Assembly (NCBI GenBank): GCA_964013405.1
Contig: CAXGWI010000129.1
Span: 1 to 10,413, forward strand
Length of the DNA: 10,413 bases
Reading direction: 5' to 3'
Source of the DNA: an uncultured Myxococcales bacterium
GTDB taxonomy: Bacteria > Myxococcota > UBA4151
Position 1 is the first letter of the stretch, and every line of letters starts with the position of its first letter. The notes under the pieces were generated by a model that was given only the letters and a program-made list of their open reading frames with translations, made no database searches and was not told the DNA's origin. Shown piece after piece: positions 1 to 7,772 of the stretch. The position numbers and the translations under genes are program-made.

Positions 1-11
1 CCCATGGCTTA

Positions 12-1115
12 GTGATCATCATCATCGCCATCCTCTGCTTCGTTCTGGTCCTCAATTTCTCGAAAGGTCCGGAGTTTGTCTTCGCCGCCTTCTTGCCTTC
101 CATTCTGGTGGTCTACCTGATTTGGCACCTTGATCGGCACAAGGAACCTGCTCTTTATGTACTGTCCGCTTTCTTTCTCGGCGCCATTGTCGCTCCGGTG
201 GCAGTTATCTATTTGTATCCATTTCATGACCAGATTCCAGATACCCCCTTCGCAAAGGCTCTGTTTGGCGCCGCCATTCCTGAGGAGGTCTACCGGGTCC
301 TGATCCTCTTCGTGTTTTGCCGCGCCGTGAAAGAGGTCAATGAACCCTTTGATGTGTTGGTCTATGGCGCAGCCATTTGGGGTGGCTTCGCAGCCTCTGA
401 AAACTTGCTGTACGTTTGGCACGAATCGACCACGACGGGGCGGACAAGTGAACTTCTAGGGCTGCGCACCGCACTGTGTACCACCGGGCACGTGGGCATG
501 GGCATGGTGAGTGCCTCCTTCGTTGCGGCCGCTGTCTTTAGCCGAAAATACGGATACAGCCTCATCGGACTGGTGCTGGGCATCGGAGTTCACACGATCT
601 ACAATTGGGGCTGGCATCGAGTCGAGCTCGTGTATCCCGAGGGTAGCTTGGACCATGTCGGGTTCTTTGAAGCCGTTCGGCTGGAATCCCAAATTCCGGG
701 CTTCTGGATTTCGATGACCACTCAATTGATCACTCTGGTCATTGCACTGGTCCTGATTCGTTGGTTTTCGAAGCAGCAACAGAGCTCAGAGACCGAGGGT
801 GACCAAGCCATGGACACAGCCGAGACCTTTTTGGCTGAGAACCCGTTGGCGACACAGAAAGGGAGTCGATGGGTCCTGGCCTTCGGGCTCGGCGGACTGC
901 TCCTTTGCATTTTGGTTCAGATCGGGATGGGTACCACCGTCTACCTTGTTCTCGAAGCCAGTCACGGAGGTCGCTCGTATGTTTGGAGTGCGCTCGCGAC
1001 GACTGGGCTGACGGTGTGGTTCTGGCACCTGCTCATCCGACAAGTGGATCAATCCATTCATCAGCCCCAAATTCCCCCATCCAAAGAGGACATCACGGCA
1101 ACGCCACACCCTTGA
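12..1115 (+). CDS. prsW: PrsW-family glutamic-type intramembrane protease (start uncertain; frame is open to the left edge)
   Basis: Multi-TM hydrophobic protein with the PrsW motif series: DRHKEP, A-IPEEVYR (EExxK-like, nt 282-296), EPFDVLVYGAAIWGGFAASENLLY (FxxxEN), LR...GH and HTIYN (HxxxN). The symbol denotes the family, not proven orthology. Confidence 0.88.
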   Translation: MIIIIAILCFVLVLNFSKGPEFVFAAFLPSILVVYLIWHLDRHKEPALYVLSAFFLGAIVAPVAVIYLYPFHDQIPDTPFAKALFGAAIPEEVYRVLILFVFCRAVKEVNEPFDVLVYGAAIWGGFAASENLLYVWHESTTTGRTSELLGLRTALCTTGHVGMGMVSASFVAAAVFSRKYGYSLIGLVLGIGVHTIYNWGWHRVELVYPEGSLDHVGFFEAVRLESQIPGFWISMTTQLITLVIALVLIRWFSKQQQSSETEGDQAMDTAETFLAENPLATQKGSRWVLAFGLGGLLLCILVQIGMGTTVYLVLEASHGGRSYVWSALATTGLTVWFWHLLIRQVDQSIHQPQIPPSKEDITATPHP

Positions 1116-1160
1116 CCCTTTCGGCCAGTTCCTCAAACCTAGCGACCCAGGGGCGAGTGC

Positions 1161-1358
1161 ATGAGTGCAACGAGTGATAAACAGCCCGATCTCGAAGCGC
1201 TCTTCATTGCCTTTTGCGATGAAGAGACCGAAGTCTGGCGCCAAGCGGCTCTGAGCCTCGGTGCCCTCGCCGTCGAGCATGAGGAGGCTCGCAATCTCCT
1301 TTTAAGCCCCCTTAAGCAGGAAGATAATCATCACCGGCGCCGGCATGGCTCTCGATGA
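1161..1358 (+). CDS. Short HEAT/PBS-lyase-like repeat peptide, probably a truncated gene remnant
   Basis: LEALFIAFCDEETEVWRQAALSLGAL matches the HEAT consensus L..L.D....VR..AA.ALG.L. A second repeat starts (LLLSPLKQEDN) and then degenerates. Purine-rich GGGGCGAG lies upstream of the ATG. Overlaps the next gene by 14 nt. Confidence 0.55.
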   Translation: MSATSDKQPDLEALFIAFCDEETEVWRQAALSLGALAVEHEEARNLLLSPLKQEDNHHRRRHGSR

Positions 1359-4300
1359 CGAATCGCAGCTGCGCCAACAACTGGCGCAACTGGAATTGCA
1401 AACCCGCACCCAAGCCCTGTTGGCGTTGGCCGCTTGGCAGCGCACCGGGATCGTAGCGGAGCGTCTCTTTCACAGCGTCGCCGCCCTGCAGCGACCCGCC
1501 TGGGGCAGCTGGAATGGGCTCCTCAGCAGCCTCGCCAAAGCACGCCGTAACGTCCTGCAAACCGGCACCCCGGAACAACGGGAGGCGTTACGGGCCGAAA
1601 CCCTGCTCGGCAGCCTCCTGGATGCCCACGAAACCGTGCCGGAGGGCTTAGAAAAGGCAAACCTAGAAGCCTTAGCGAACCTCCTCGGCAGCCAAGTGCC
1701 CCGCCGCCTCCGCCGGGATCAACTCCTGGGCCTCGCCATCAGCCTGCGCAATCGGGTCGCCCACGACCAACCCACCGACCCCGTCTGGTGGCAGCAGGGC
1801 GCTGCAGCACTCCGCCCCCTCAGCGAGGCCCTGGACGCCCCGCTGCCCCCGGAAGCCCCAGCACCCTGGTTCCTTCAGGCCGATGGCAAACGCTGGAGCT
1901 TTAACGGGCTGCGTAAAGACTTGGTGGGCATCTTTGTGGATGCCGGTGGCAACAGCCGCTTTGAAGACGAACAAGGCGAAGCGGTCGTCGCAGCCTTTCA
2001 AAGCCTTTTAGGCCAAGAGGCGGTCCAGGCTGAAGACTTAAAGCGGCTCTTAGGCAAGTTGGCGCCCGAGGATTTAAAGGGCGTGCTGATGGATGACTAT
2101 CTTGTGGGTCCCCTCGCCGGTGAAGGTGGCTTCGCCAGCGTCCACGTGGGTCGCCAGCTCAGCACCGGCCGGAAGGTGGCGATCAAGTTCCTCAAGCCGG
2201 GCTTGCCCGAGGAAGCCAAACAGCGATTCCTGCAGGAAGCCACCTTCCTCAGCCGCTTTCACCACCCCCACATCGTGGAGGTGCTGGGTCGGGGCGAAAG
2301 CATTTGGCGTGCGCCCCGCAGTTACAGCCTCGACGATGAGGACTGGTACGGCGCCTTTAAAGCGGCCGGCAAACAGCGCACCTGGATGGCCTTGGAATGG
2401 GTCGACGGTGGCACCCTGGAGCGTTGCCCGGAAGGCGCCAGCGAGGATCAGATCCTGCAATGGTTCGCCCAGGCGGCCGATGCCCTGCAGGCTGTCCACG
2501 AACAGGGCGTGATTCACCGGGATGTGAAGCCGGCGAATCTGATGGTCAGTGAACAGGGGCAGTTGAAGTTGATGGACTTTGGCATCGCCCGTTCCCAAGA
2601 GCTTCAGCGCACCTTAATGACCGTGGAAGGTGTGGTGGGCACACCGGCCTACATGGCGCCGGAGCAGCTGCGAGCGACCGCAGCGGAAGCGGAGGTGGGT
2701 CCCCAGGCTGATGTCTATGCCCTGTGTGCCACCTTTTATGAGTTACTGACGAGCACCCGGCTCTTTGATCACGACACCGCGCCGGTGGAGACCATCACCC
2801 TCAAAAAGATCCAAGGGGTGCGACCGCCCCGGGCCCGTCGGCTTCAAGACGAATTGTCCTGGGAAATCGAAACTGTTTTGATGGGCGGTCTCGAGCCAGA
2901 AGCTAGCGACCGTTATCGTTCAGCCGAAGCCCTGCGACGGGACGTGGAGCGGATTCGAGCCAGTCACCCAATTCAGTATCGAAAAACGAGTATCCCACGT
3001 CGGGCAATACTCGCCTATCGACGCAACAGAGCGCTGATGAATGTGGTCGTATTGTCCCTCGCTATTTTCTCGGCGGGGGTTGCTCAATATGTGGTCGACC
3101 TACGACTCGAAGAGCAAAATACGAGAAAGGCTAATGAGCGGGCGAATATCGCACTCCGAAAGAGCCGAGAAAACTTGGCCGTTAGTTCGGCTGCCCGTAT
3201 CGCAAAAGACGATCGACTTGCTGCAACGCTCTTACTCAAAGAAGTACCAGCGAAGAGTACGATCCCGAATTGGAGTAATTTAACATTTCAAGTCCTCCAG
3301 GGACCGGCACTCCCAGCGCGCCTCCCTCATGGCACTCTTGTCCGGTCTGCTCGCTGGTCGAACGACTATAAGGAAATTTGGACATTCGGAACCGATGGCT
3401 CTGAAAAGCGCTGGAGCCACCCCAGGGGTAGCCTCCAGGGCTCCGTCATTTCTCACAACCAAGCCATCGGAGCTGCCCATTACGATCAAAGCGGACGCTA
3501 TCTAGCAATCAGTTCAAAGGATGGCTCGGTGAGCATTCGAGACGAGGAGACGAAAACGGCAATAATTCGCCTCAACAGTTCGGCATCCGAAAGACCACTG
3601 ATGGCATGGCATCCAACGAAACCTATACTAGCCATTAGGGGTAAAGGGAGCCGGTTGGTTCTCCTATCGCCGAGACCTAGAAAGAAGCATTCAGTCGACA
3701 CCGAAGAAGGCAGGATAATCTGGCTTCAGTGGAGTCAAAACGGCAAAACGCTTACCGTATTGACCGACAATGATGTCCTTCAAAACTGGACACACACTTT
3801 GGAACCAATCGCCAGTATCCCTAACAAAGGGGATGGAAGGCGAGTTGGTCTATTCGAGAATCCAAATCAAGATATCCTCATCGCTAAACTCAGCGATGGC
3901 AGGCTCTGTCTACTGGCGGCTGCAACATCGCTTGAAACCACCTGCATACGACCGGGATACCAGATAAGGACGGCTGCGCTAAACTCGACAGCAAGGCTTT
4001 TGGCAACGGTTCCGATGACCGGATTTTCTGTCGACATTTGGGATGCTCAAACGGGCCAACACAACAAGCGACTCAAAGGTCATACCGGTTATATCTACAA
4101 GGCGGTATGGAACCCACGTGGCGATGCACTTGCAACCGTCTCAGAGGACCAGACCGCTCGCGTCTGGAGCTTAAACAGTCCCGCCCCCTCTATTCTACTT
4201 CATGGGCACACTGGGATTGTGCAGGACGCAGCTTGGCACAAGGATGGCATCCACCTTTTAACAGCATCGCTAGATGGAACCGCCCGTGTGTGGGATACCC

Positions 4301-5379
4301 AAACATCCCGTAAGCAGTCGGTCCACCAAATCCATGGTGGAAGTACAATCAGAAGCGTTGGTCGCGCTCCTGGAGGAGGTCGTATCCTGACCTCTGGTGC
4401 TGATGGGTTCATCAAAATCTGGCGAGAAGCGGACTTTGACCAAGAACTCAGGTCGACGAGAGCTCACAAAAGATGGATCCGCACCGCCCGCTGGAGCCCG
4501 AACGGAAAGCGTATTCTCAGCGCATCGGACGACCAAACGGTCCGTCTTTGGAATAGCGAAACCCTGGAGCTGATTGGAGAGTTCGTCGGTCATCAAGGAA
4601 CCGTGACGGCAGCGGAATTTCACCCAAATGAAGAAATCATAGCTTCAGTTTCGGTTGATCGGTTCTTGCACGTCTGGGACGTGAAGCCGCCCCACAAAGT
4701 GGTGATGTCCTTTGAACACAGTAGTCGGCTCGATGATGTTGCCTGGCATCCAAAGGGGAACGTACTTGCGCTCGCAGGAGACGATGGAGACATTGTATTG
4801 GTACCGCGGGACAGCGGAAAGCCCGTTACGGTACTAGAGGGCCACCAAGACGAGGTGAATAGTGTCGTCTGGAATCAGGACGGCTCACTACTTCTCTCCT
4901 CCTCCAGAGATCGGTCGGTCATGATTTGGCAACCATTTAGCAAAAAGTTGCCCACTCGTTTCTCAGGTCACTCCAGTTCCGTCCGAAGGGCTATATTTTC
5001 GCCGGACGAGAAATACATTGCCAGCGTTTCTTCAGACCATTCTCTGCGCATCTGGATGGCCACTAGCACGCAAGCTATTCTTTCAATGACCGGACACGAG
5101 CATACGGTCTACGACCTCGACTGGCGCTCATCTCAGGAACCACTTCTAACCGTTTCTCGAGATGGAACCTTACGTCGTTGGAATATGCCTCAGGAGGGCC
5201 CGACCTCAGAAGCCTTAGAAAAATGGCTACATCGGCTCACTCATTCCTGTCTAACCGCGTACGAACGCCAACAGTACCTGGCGGAGTTAGCCGACGAAGC
5301 CCAAGCCAACGAGCGCCGTTGCCGCCAAGACAAAGGCACCCTCCCCCTGTCGCCGGCAGCCGATCCGACAAGCCCTTAG
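1345..5379 (+). CDS. Multidomain protein: N-terminal HEPN-like helical domain, Hanks-type Ser/Thr kinase, TM helix, ~15 WD40 repeats
   Basis: Kinase (~nt 2098-2960) has GEGGFASV, VAIK, RFLQE, HRDVKPAN, DFGIA, GTPAYMAPEQ and DVYAL. Hydrophobic helix at aa 563-584 (nt 3031-3096) is preceded by RRNR. WD40 repeats such as GHTGIVQDAAWHKDGIHLLTASLDGTARVWD span ~3316-5190. LRNRVAHD is at aa 134-141. Confidence 0.93.
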   Translation: MALDDESQLRQQLAQLELQTRTQALLALAAWQRTGIVAERLFHSVAALQRPAWGSWNGLLSSLAKARRNVLQTGTPEQREALRAETLLGSLLDAHETVPEGLEKANLEALANLLGSQVPRRLRRDQLLGLAISLRNRVAHDQPTDPVWWQQGAAALRPLSEALDAPLPPEAPAPWFLQADGKRWSFNGLRKDLVGIFVDAGGNSRFEDEQGEAVVAAFQSLLGQEAVQAEDLKRLLGKLAPEDLKGVLMDDYLVGPLAGEGGFASVHVGRQLSTGRKVAIKFLKPGLPEEAKQRFLQEATFLSRFHHPHIVEVLGRGESIWRAPRSYSLDDEDWYGAFKAAGKQRTWMALEWVDGGTLERCPEGASEDQILQWFAQAADALQAVHEQGVIHRDVKPANLMVSEQGQLKLMDFGIARSQELQRTLMTVEGVVGTPAYMAPEQLRATAAEAEVGPQADVYALCATFYELLTSTRLFDHDTAPVETITLKKIQGVRPPRARRLQDELSWEIETVLMGGLEPEASDRYRSAEALRRDVERIRASHPIQYRKTSIPRRAILAYRRNRALMNVVVLSLAIFSAGVAQYVVDLRLEEQNTRKANERANIALRKSRENLAVSSAARIAKDDRLAATLLLKEVPAKSTIPNWSNLTFQVLQGPALPARLPHGTLVRSARWSNDYKEIWTFGTDGSEKRWSHPRGSLQGSVISHNQAIGAAHYDQSGRYLAISSKDGSVSIRDEETKTAIIRLNSSASERPLMAWHPTKPILAIRGKGSRLVLLSPRPRKKHSVDTEEGRIIWLQWSQNGKTLTVLTDNDVLQNWTHTLEPIASIPNKGDGRRVGLFENPNQDILIAKLSDGRLCLLAAATSLETTCIRPGYQIRTAALNSTARLLATVPMTGFSVDIWDAQTGQHNKRLKGHTGYIYKAVWNPRGDALATVSEDQTARVWSLNSPAPSILLHGHTGIVQDAAWHKDGIHLLTASLDGTARVWDTQTSRKQSVHQIHGGSTIRSVGRAPGGGRILTSGADGFIKIWREADFDQELRSTRAHKRWIRTARWSPNGKRILSASDDQTVRLWNSETLELIGEFVGHQGTVTAAEFHPNEEIIASVSVDRFLHVWDVKPPHKVVMSFEHSSRLDDVAWHPKGNVLALAGDDGDIVLVPRDSGKPVTVLEGHQDEVNSVVWNQDGSLLLSSSRDRSVMIWQPFSKKLPTRFSGHSSSVRRAIFSPDEKYIASVSSDHSLRIWMATSTQAILSMTGHEHTVYDLDWRSSQEPLLTVSRDGTLRRWNMPQEGPTSEALEKWLHRLTHSCLTAYERQQYLAELADEAQANERRCRQDKGTLPLSPAADPTSP
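3316..5190 (+). repeat. WD40 repeat array (protein level), ~15 repeats, probably two beta-propellers
   Basis: About 15 units of ~40-44 aa counted by eye. Units 7-15 are largely canonical (GH...D...W[DN]); units 3-6 are divergent. No near-identical DNA-level repeats. Confidence 0.85.
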
Positions 5380-5444
5380 CCGGCCTTCCCGAGCCACTGA
5401 ATGCCAAAGCGGCTAAAAGCGCTCCCCTTAGCCTTCGCCAGTCC

Positions 5445-6197
5445 TCAGGGCTTTGGCGCCGGTAAGACCTCCCGGGGGTCAAAGTAGCGGGTGGTTTTAC
5501 TCGAAGGCTCGTAATAGGCCGTCTCCAGACGGAGCATGGTGCCGATGGTCGCCGCTTGCCCCGTGTCCCCCACCCACGCAAAAACCTCACCGGCTTGGAG
5601 CCGGTCACCCTCTTTCACCCGATGGCCCATCAGGTGCTTGTAGTTGCTCATAAAGCCCAAGTCATGGCGCAGCGTAATCACGTTGCCCGAACCCCAATGG
5701 TCGCAGCCGACAAAGACCACCTCCCCAGCCGCGATGGCCCGGATCGGCTTGCCCTTGCCTGCCCCCAGGTCGAGCCCTGAGTTGGTGATCTCATGACCCT
5801 CCACGAAGAACGAGGGCTGCTTGCCATAGGCCCGCAACAGCTCGAAGCCAGTCAAAGGCCAGACCGTCTTGCCCTTCGCCGCCAGCCGCGTCTCAGCGCT
5901 CGCTTGGACCAGATAAACCGGTGCTTCCATCTCTTCGGGCTTCAGGTTGTCCTCGTACTTCATGTATTTGGGTTTCAAGTTGCGCCCGCAAAAGACTTGC
6001 CGGGGTTCATCGCCTCCACTCAGGCTCTCGGTGAGCTCCCCTTCGATGCCGGCGGCCAATTGCTCATCACCGCTTTTCACCGGGTCGGGGTTCAAGGGCC
6101 CCTCGTGATCCATCGCCGCTGGCGTTCCACAGGCAACGCAAGCAACGACGAAGGCCAACAGCTGCCAATGCTTCAGTTCGGGAGAATGGAAGTTCAT
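5445..6197 (-). CDS. M23/LytM-domain lipoprotein with degenerate active site (NlpD/EnvC-like), 250 aa
   Basis: Start reassigned to ATG 6197, with AAGGAG at 6205-6210 on the minus strand and a signal peptide with lipobox (VVAC/CVAC). M23 fold motifs: WPL, GLDL, PIRAIAAGEVVFVG, GNVITLRH, YKHL, VKEGDRLQAGE, VGDTG, FDP. HxxxD reads NSGLD and HxH reads MLR. Confidence 0.85.
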   Translation of the reverse strand: MNFHSPELKHWQLLAFVVACVACGTPAAMDHEGPLNPDPVKSGDEQLAAGIEGELTESLSGGDEPRQVFCGRNLKPKYMKYEDNLKPEEMEAPVYLVQASAETRLAAKGKTVWPLTGFELLRAYGKQPSFFVEGHEITNSGLDLGAGKGKPIRAIAAGEVVFVGCDHWGSGNVITLRHDLGFMSNYKHLMGHRVKEGDRLQAGEVFAWVGDTGQAATIGTMLRLETAYYEPSSKTTRYFDPREVLPAPKP

Positions 6198-6201
6198 CGG
6201 G

Positions 6202-7140
6202 CTACTCCTTGGTTGTCGAGACCGGTGCGATCGGGCTCGCCGCCAGCCAGGAGGTCTGGGGGAAATGCCCACCCCAGCGGTAAAAGGGCTGGGGTAGCGA
6301 TTGAAAGCGATGGGCTGCCCCATCGAAGTCGTGCCCGTAATCCAACGAGACACCGCCGTCGGGTACCATGCCGTTGTACACACCGACATGGCGGGCCACG
6401 CAGGCGATCTCCGGCAAGGTAACCAGACCCCCCGGCCCCGACACCACCAGGATGAGGTCACCGTTCTTTGCTTGGCCCAAGAGGCTGCGGAAGTTTCGCA
6501 GCGACGCGTTCGGCTTGACCTTCGTGTTGCGGCGACCGTTGCCCACGAGTCGCCCTTGGCGCAGGGGCATCTCCCGGCCCTGAAAGCCCGCTTCGAGCCC
6601 CTTCAACGGCCCGGGCCGCCGCTGAACCCGTGGGCCCCCCTTGCCGACCACGAAGACCCCATTGGCTCGATCAGGCTTCTGGATCACTCGGCCCTGACTC
6701 AACAAGAGGCCCAAGGGGAGGCCTTGTTTATCGTGAAAGTTGGCGTTGATGAAGAAGGCGCCGTCGGCGGGTTTTTCGGTCAGCACGCGCCAGCGAAAGT
6801 CCCCTCTTCGGAATCGGTACACCTCAAGAGCGCCCTCCCGGAAACCCCCCGCTCCGGGCACCTGGATACGCTGATGATCCAGACCCGGTCGTAATGGGTT
6901 CACCGGGCCCCGACTCATGAATTCTGGCTTCTGTCCCCAAGCCTCAGGCGAGTCAGGGCAACGATTATCTGCCCCCATCCCTTCGCCCTGGTCCGGGGTG
7001 GACAGCGAAAATGCGCTCCAATCCAGCAGCACGGGCTGCTGCCACAGGACCACGCTGCCGCTCAGCAGAAGACCCACGGGAATCACCAACAGGAGGCTTG
7101 CGTTCGCTCGCCAGCGTGAAGCTTTGGGCTCGGTGTTCAT
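6202..7140 (-). CDS. Phosphodiester glycosidase (NAGPA/DUF2233-like) family protein, N-terminally anchored
   Basis: Motifs FFINANFH..PLGLLLSQG, NGVFVV, RSLLGQAKNGDLILVV, VTLPEIA and GVYNGMVPDGGVS (cf. family LDGGGS). N-terminal hydrophobic segment. The start overlaps the upstream stop as ATGA at 7137-7140. Confidence 0.78.
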   Translation of the reverse strand: MNTEPKASRWRANASLLLVIPVGLLLSGSVVLWQQPVLLDWSAFSLSTPDQGEGMGADNRCPDSPEAWGQKPEFMSRGPVNPLRPGLDHQRIQVPGAGGFREGALEVYRFRRGDFRWRVLTEKPADGAFFINANFHDKQGLPLGLLLSQGRVIQKPDRANGVFVVGKGGPRVQRRPGPLKGLEAGFQGREMPLRQGRLVGNGRRNTKVKPNASLRNFRSLLGQAKNGDLILVVSGPGGLVTLPEIACVARHVGVYNGMVPDGGVSLDYGHDFDGAAHRFQSLPQPFYRWGGHFPQTSWLAASPIAPVSTTKE

Positions 7141-7772
7141 TCATCTCCCTCATAGGCCACATTGTTGCGATTCGCGACGGAGCGGTACCGGCAAAGCCCC
7201 AGGGCTTTGGCCGGGTCTTTATGCAGGACGTTGCCGCTCCTTGGATCCTTCTCCCGCACCCCCAAGTGCAGGTGGGCCGAGAAGGCCCAAGGCACCCCAC
7301 CCGGCCGACCCGAGCCCGTATTGCCCACGGTGCCGATGATCTGCCCGAGGGCGACGTGGTCGCCACGGGCCACGTGAACATCCCGCAGATGGCTGTAGCT
7401 AACGTGCTGGGAGAAGCGCCCATAACCGGTCCACACGGTGACCGTATGATCGGGCCCGCCCGCGGCGATGACTCGACCGGGCTGCACCGCACGAACCGGC
7501 ACACCCGCTTTGGCAGCGAGGTCAATACCGGGGTGAAACTCCCGGGGGTAACCGGCCACTTTCCGAGGGCCAAAATGAGAAGAGACCGTGGCGCTGTCGA
7601 GGGGTAAGGGCTGGGCGCATTGGAGGCGAGACCGGAGTAAGTCTCGCAAATGATCGCCTTCGCCTACCGGGCTCGCCTGCTGACTCGGCCCAGCGACGCT
7701 GGGAAGCCCCACGGCCCGGGGGCTACTGCAGCCCAGGAAGGCAAAGAGGGCAAGGTATCGAGTCAACGGCAC
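7137..7772 (-). CDS. M23 family metallopeptidase, lipoprotein, zinc ligands intact
   Basis: GTG start with GGAG upstream (7782-7785). Lipobox FLGC at Cys15. Motifs VSSHFGPR, FHPGIDL (HxxxD), YSHL, VGNTG, AHLHLG (HxH) and KDP. Confidence 0.92.
   Translation of the reverse strand: MPLTRYLALFAFLGCSSPRAVGLPSVAGPSQQASPVGEGDHLRDLLRSRLQCAQPLPLDSATVSSHFGPRKVAGYPREFHPGIDLAAKAGVPVRAVQPGRVIAAGGPDHTVTVWTGYGRFSQHVSYSHLRDVHVARGDHVALGQIIGTVGNTGSGRPGGVPWAFSAHLHLGVREKDPRSGNVLHKDPAKALGLCRYRSVANRNNVAYEGDE

Noticed and set aside
9..2598. Minus-strand ORFs 9..422, 456..779, 786..1280, 1672..2001 and 2074..2598
   Set aside because: Antisense to the well-supported PrsW and kinase genes, with no independent evidence.
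2960..3320. STAND/NACHT NTPase between kinase and WD40 (NLR/Avs-like architecture)
   Set aside because: No Walker A (GxxxxGK[ST]) and no room for the domain. The linker is a TM helix plus a short coiled segment.
3316..5190. DNA-level tandem repeats or a CRISPR-like array
   Set aside because: Periodicity is visible only at protein level, with no near-identical nucleotide repeats.
5411..5433. GGCTAA/TTAGCC inverted repeat between convergent genes as a terminator
   Set aside because: Only a 6-bp stem with an 11-nt loop and no U-tract, which is too weak to call.
6198..6461. N-terminal extension of ORF 5445..6461
   Set aside because: It overlaps the NAGPA-like gene and reads as low-complexity Arg/Pro/Trp sequence. 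ATG 6197 has an AAGGAG RBS and begins a lipoprotein signal.
6301..7607. Long plus-strand ORFs 6301..6894, 6917..7339 and 7011..7607
   Set aside because: Antisense shadows of motif-bearing genes in high-GC DNA, with no recognisable motifs.
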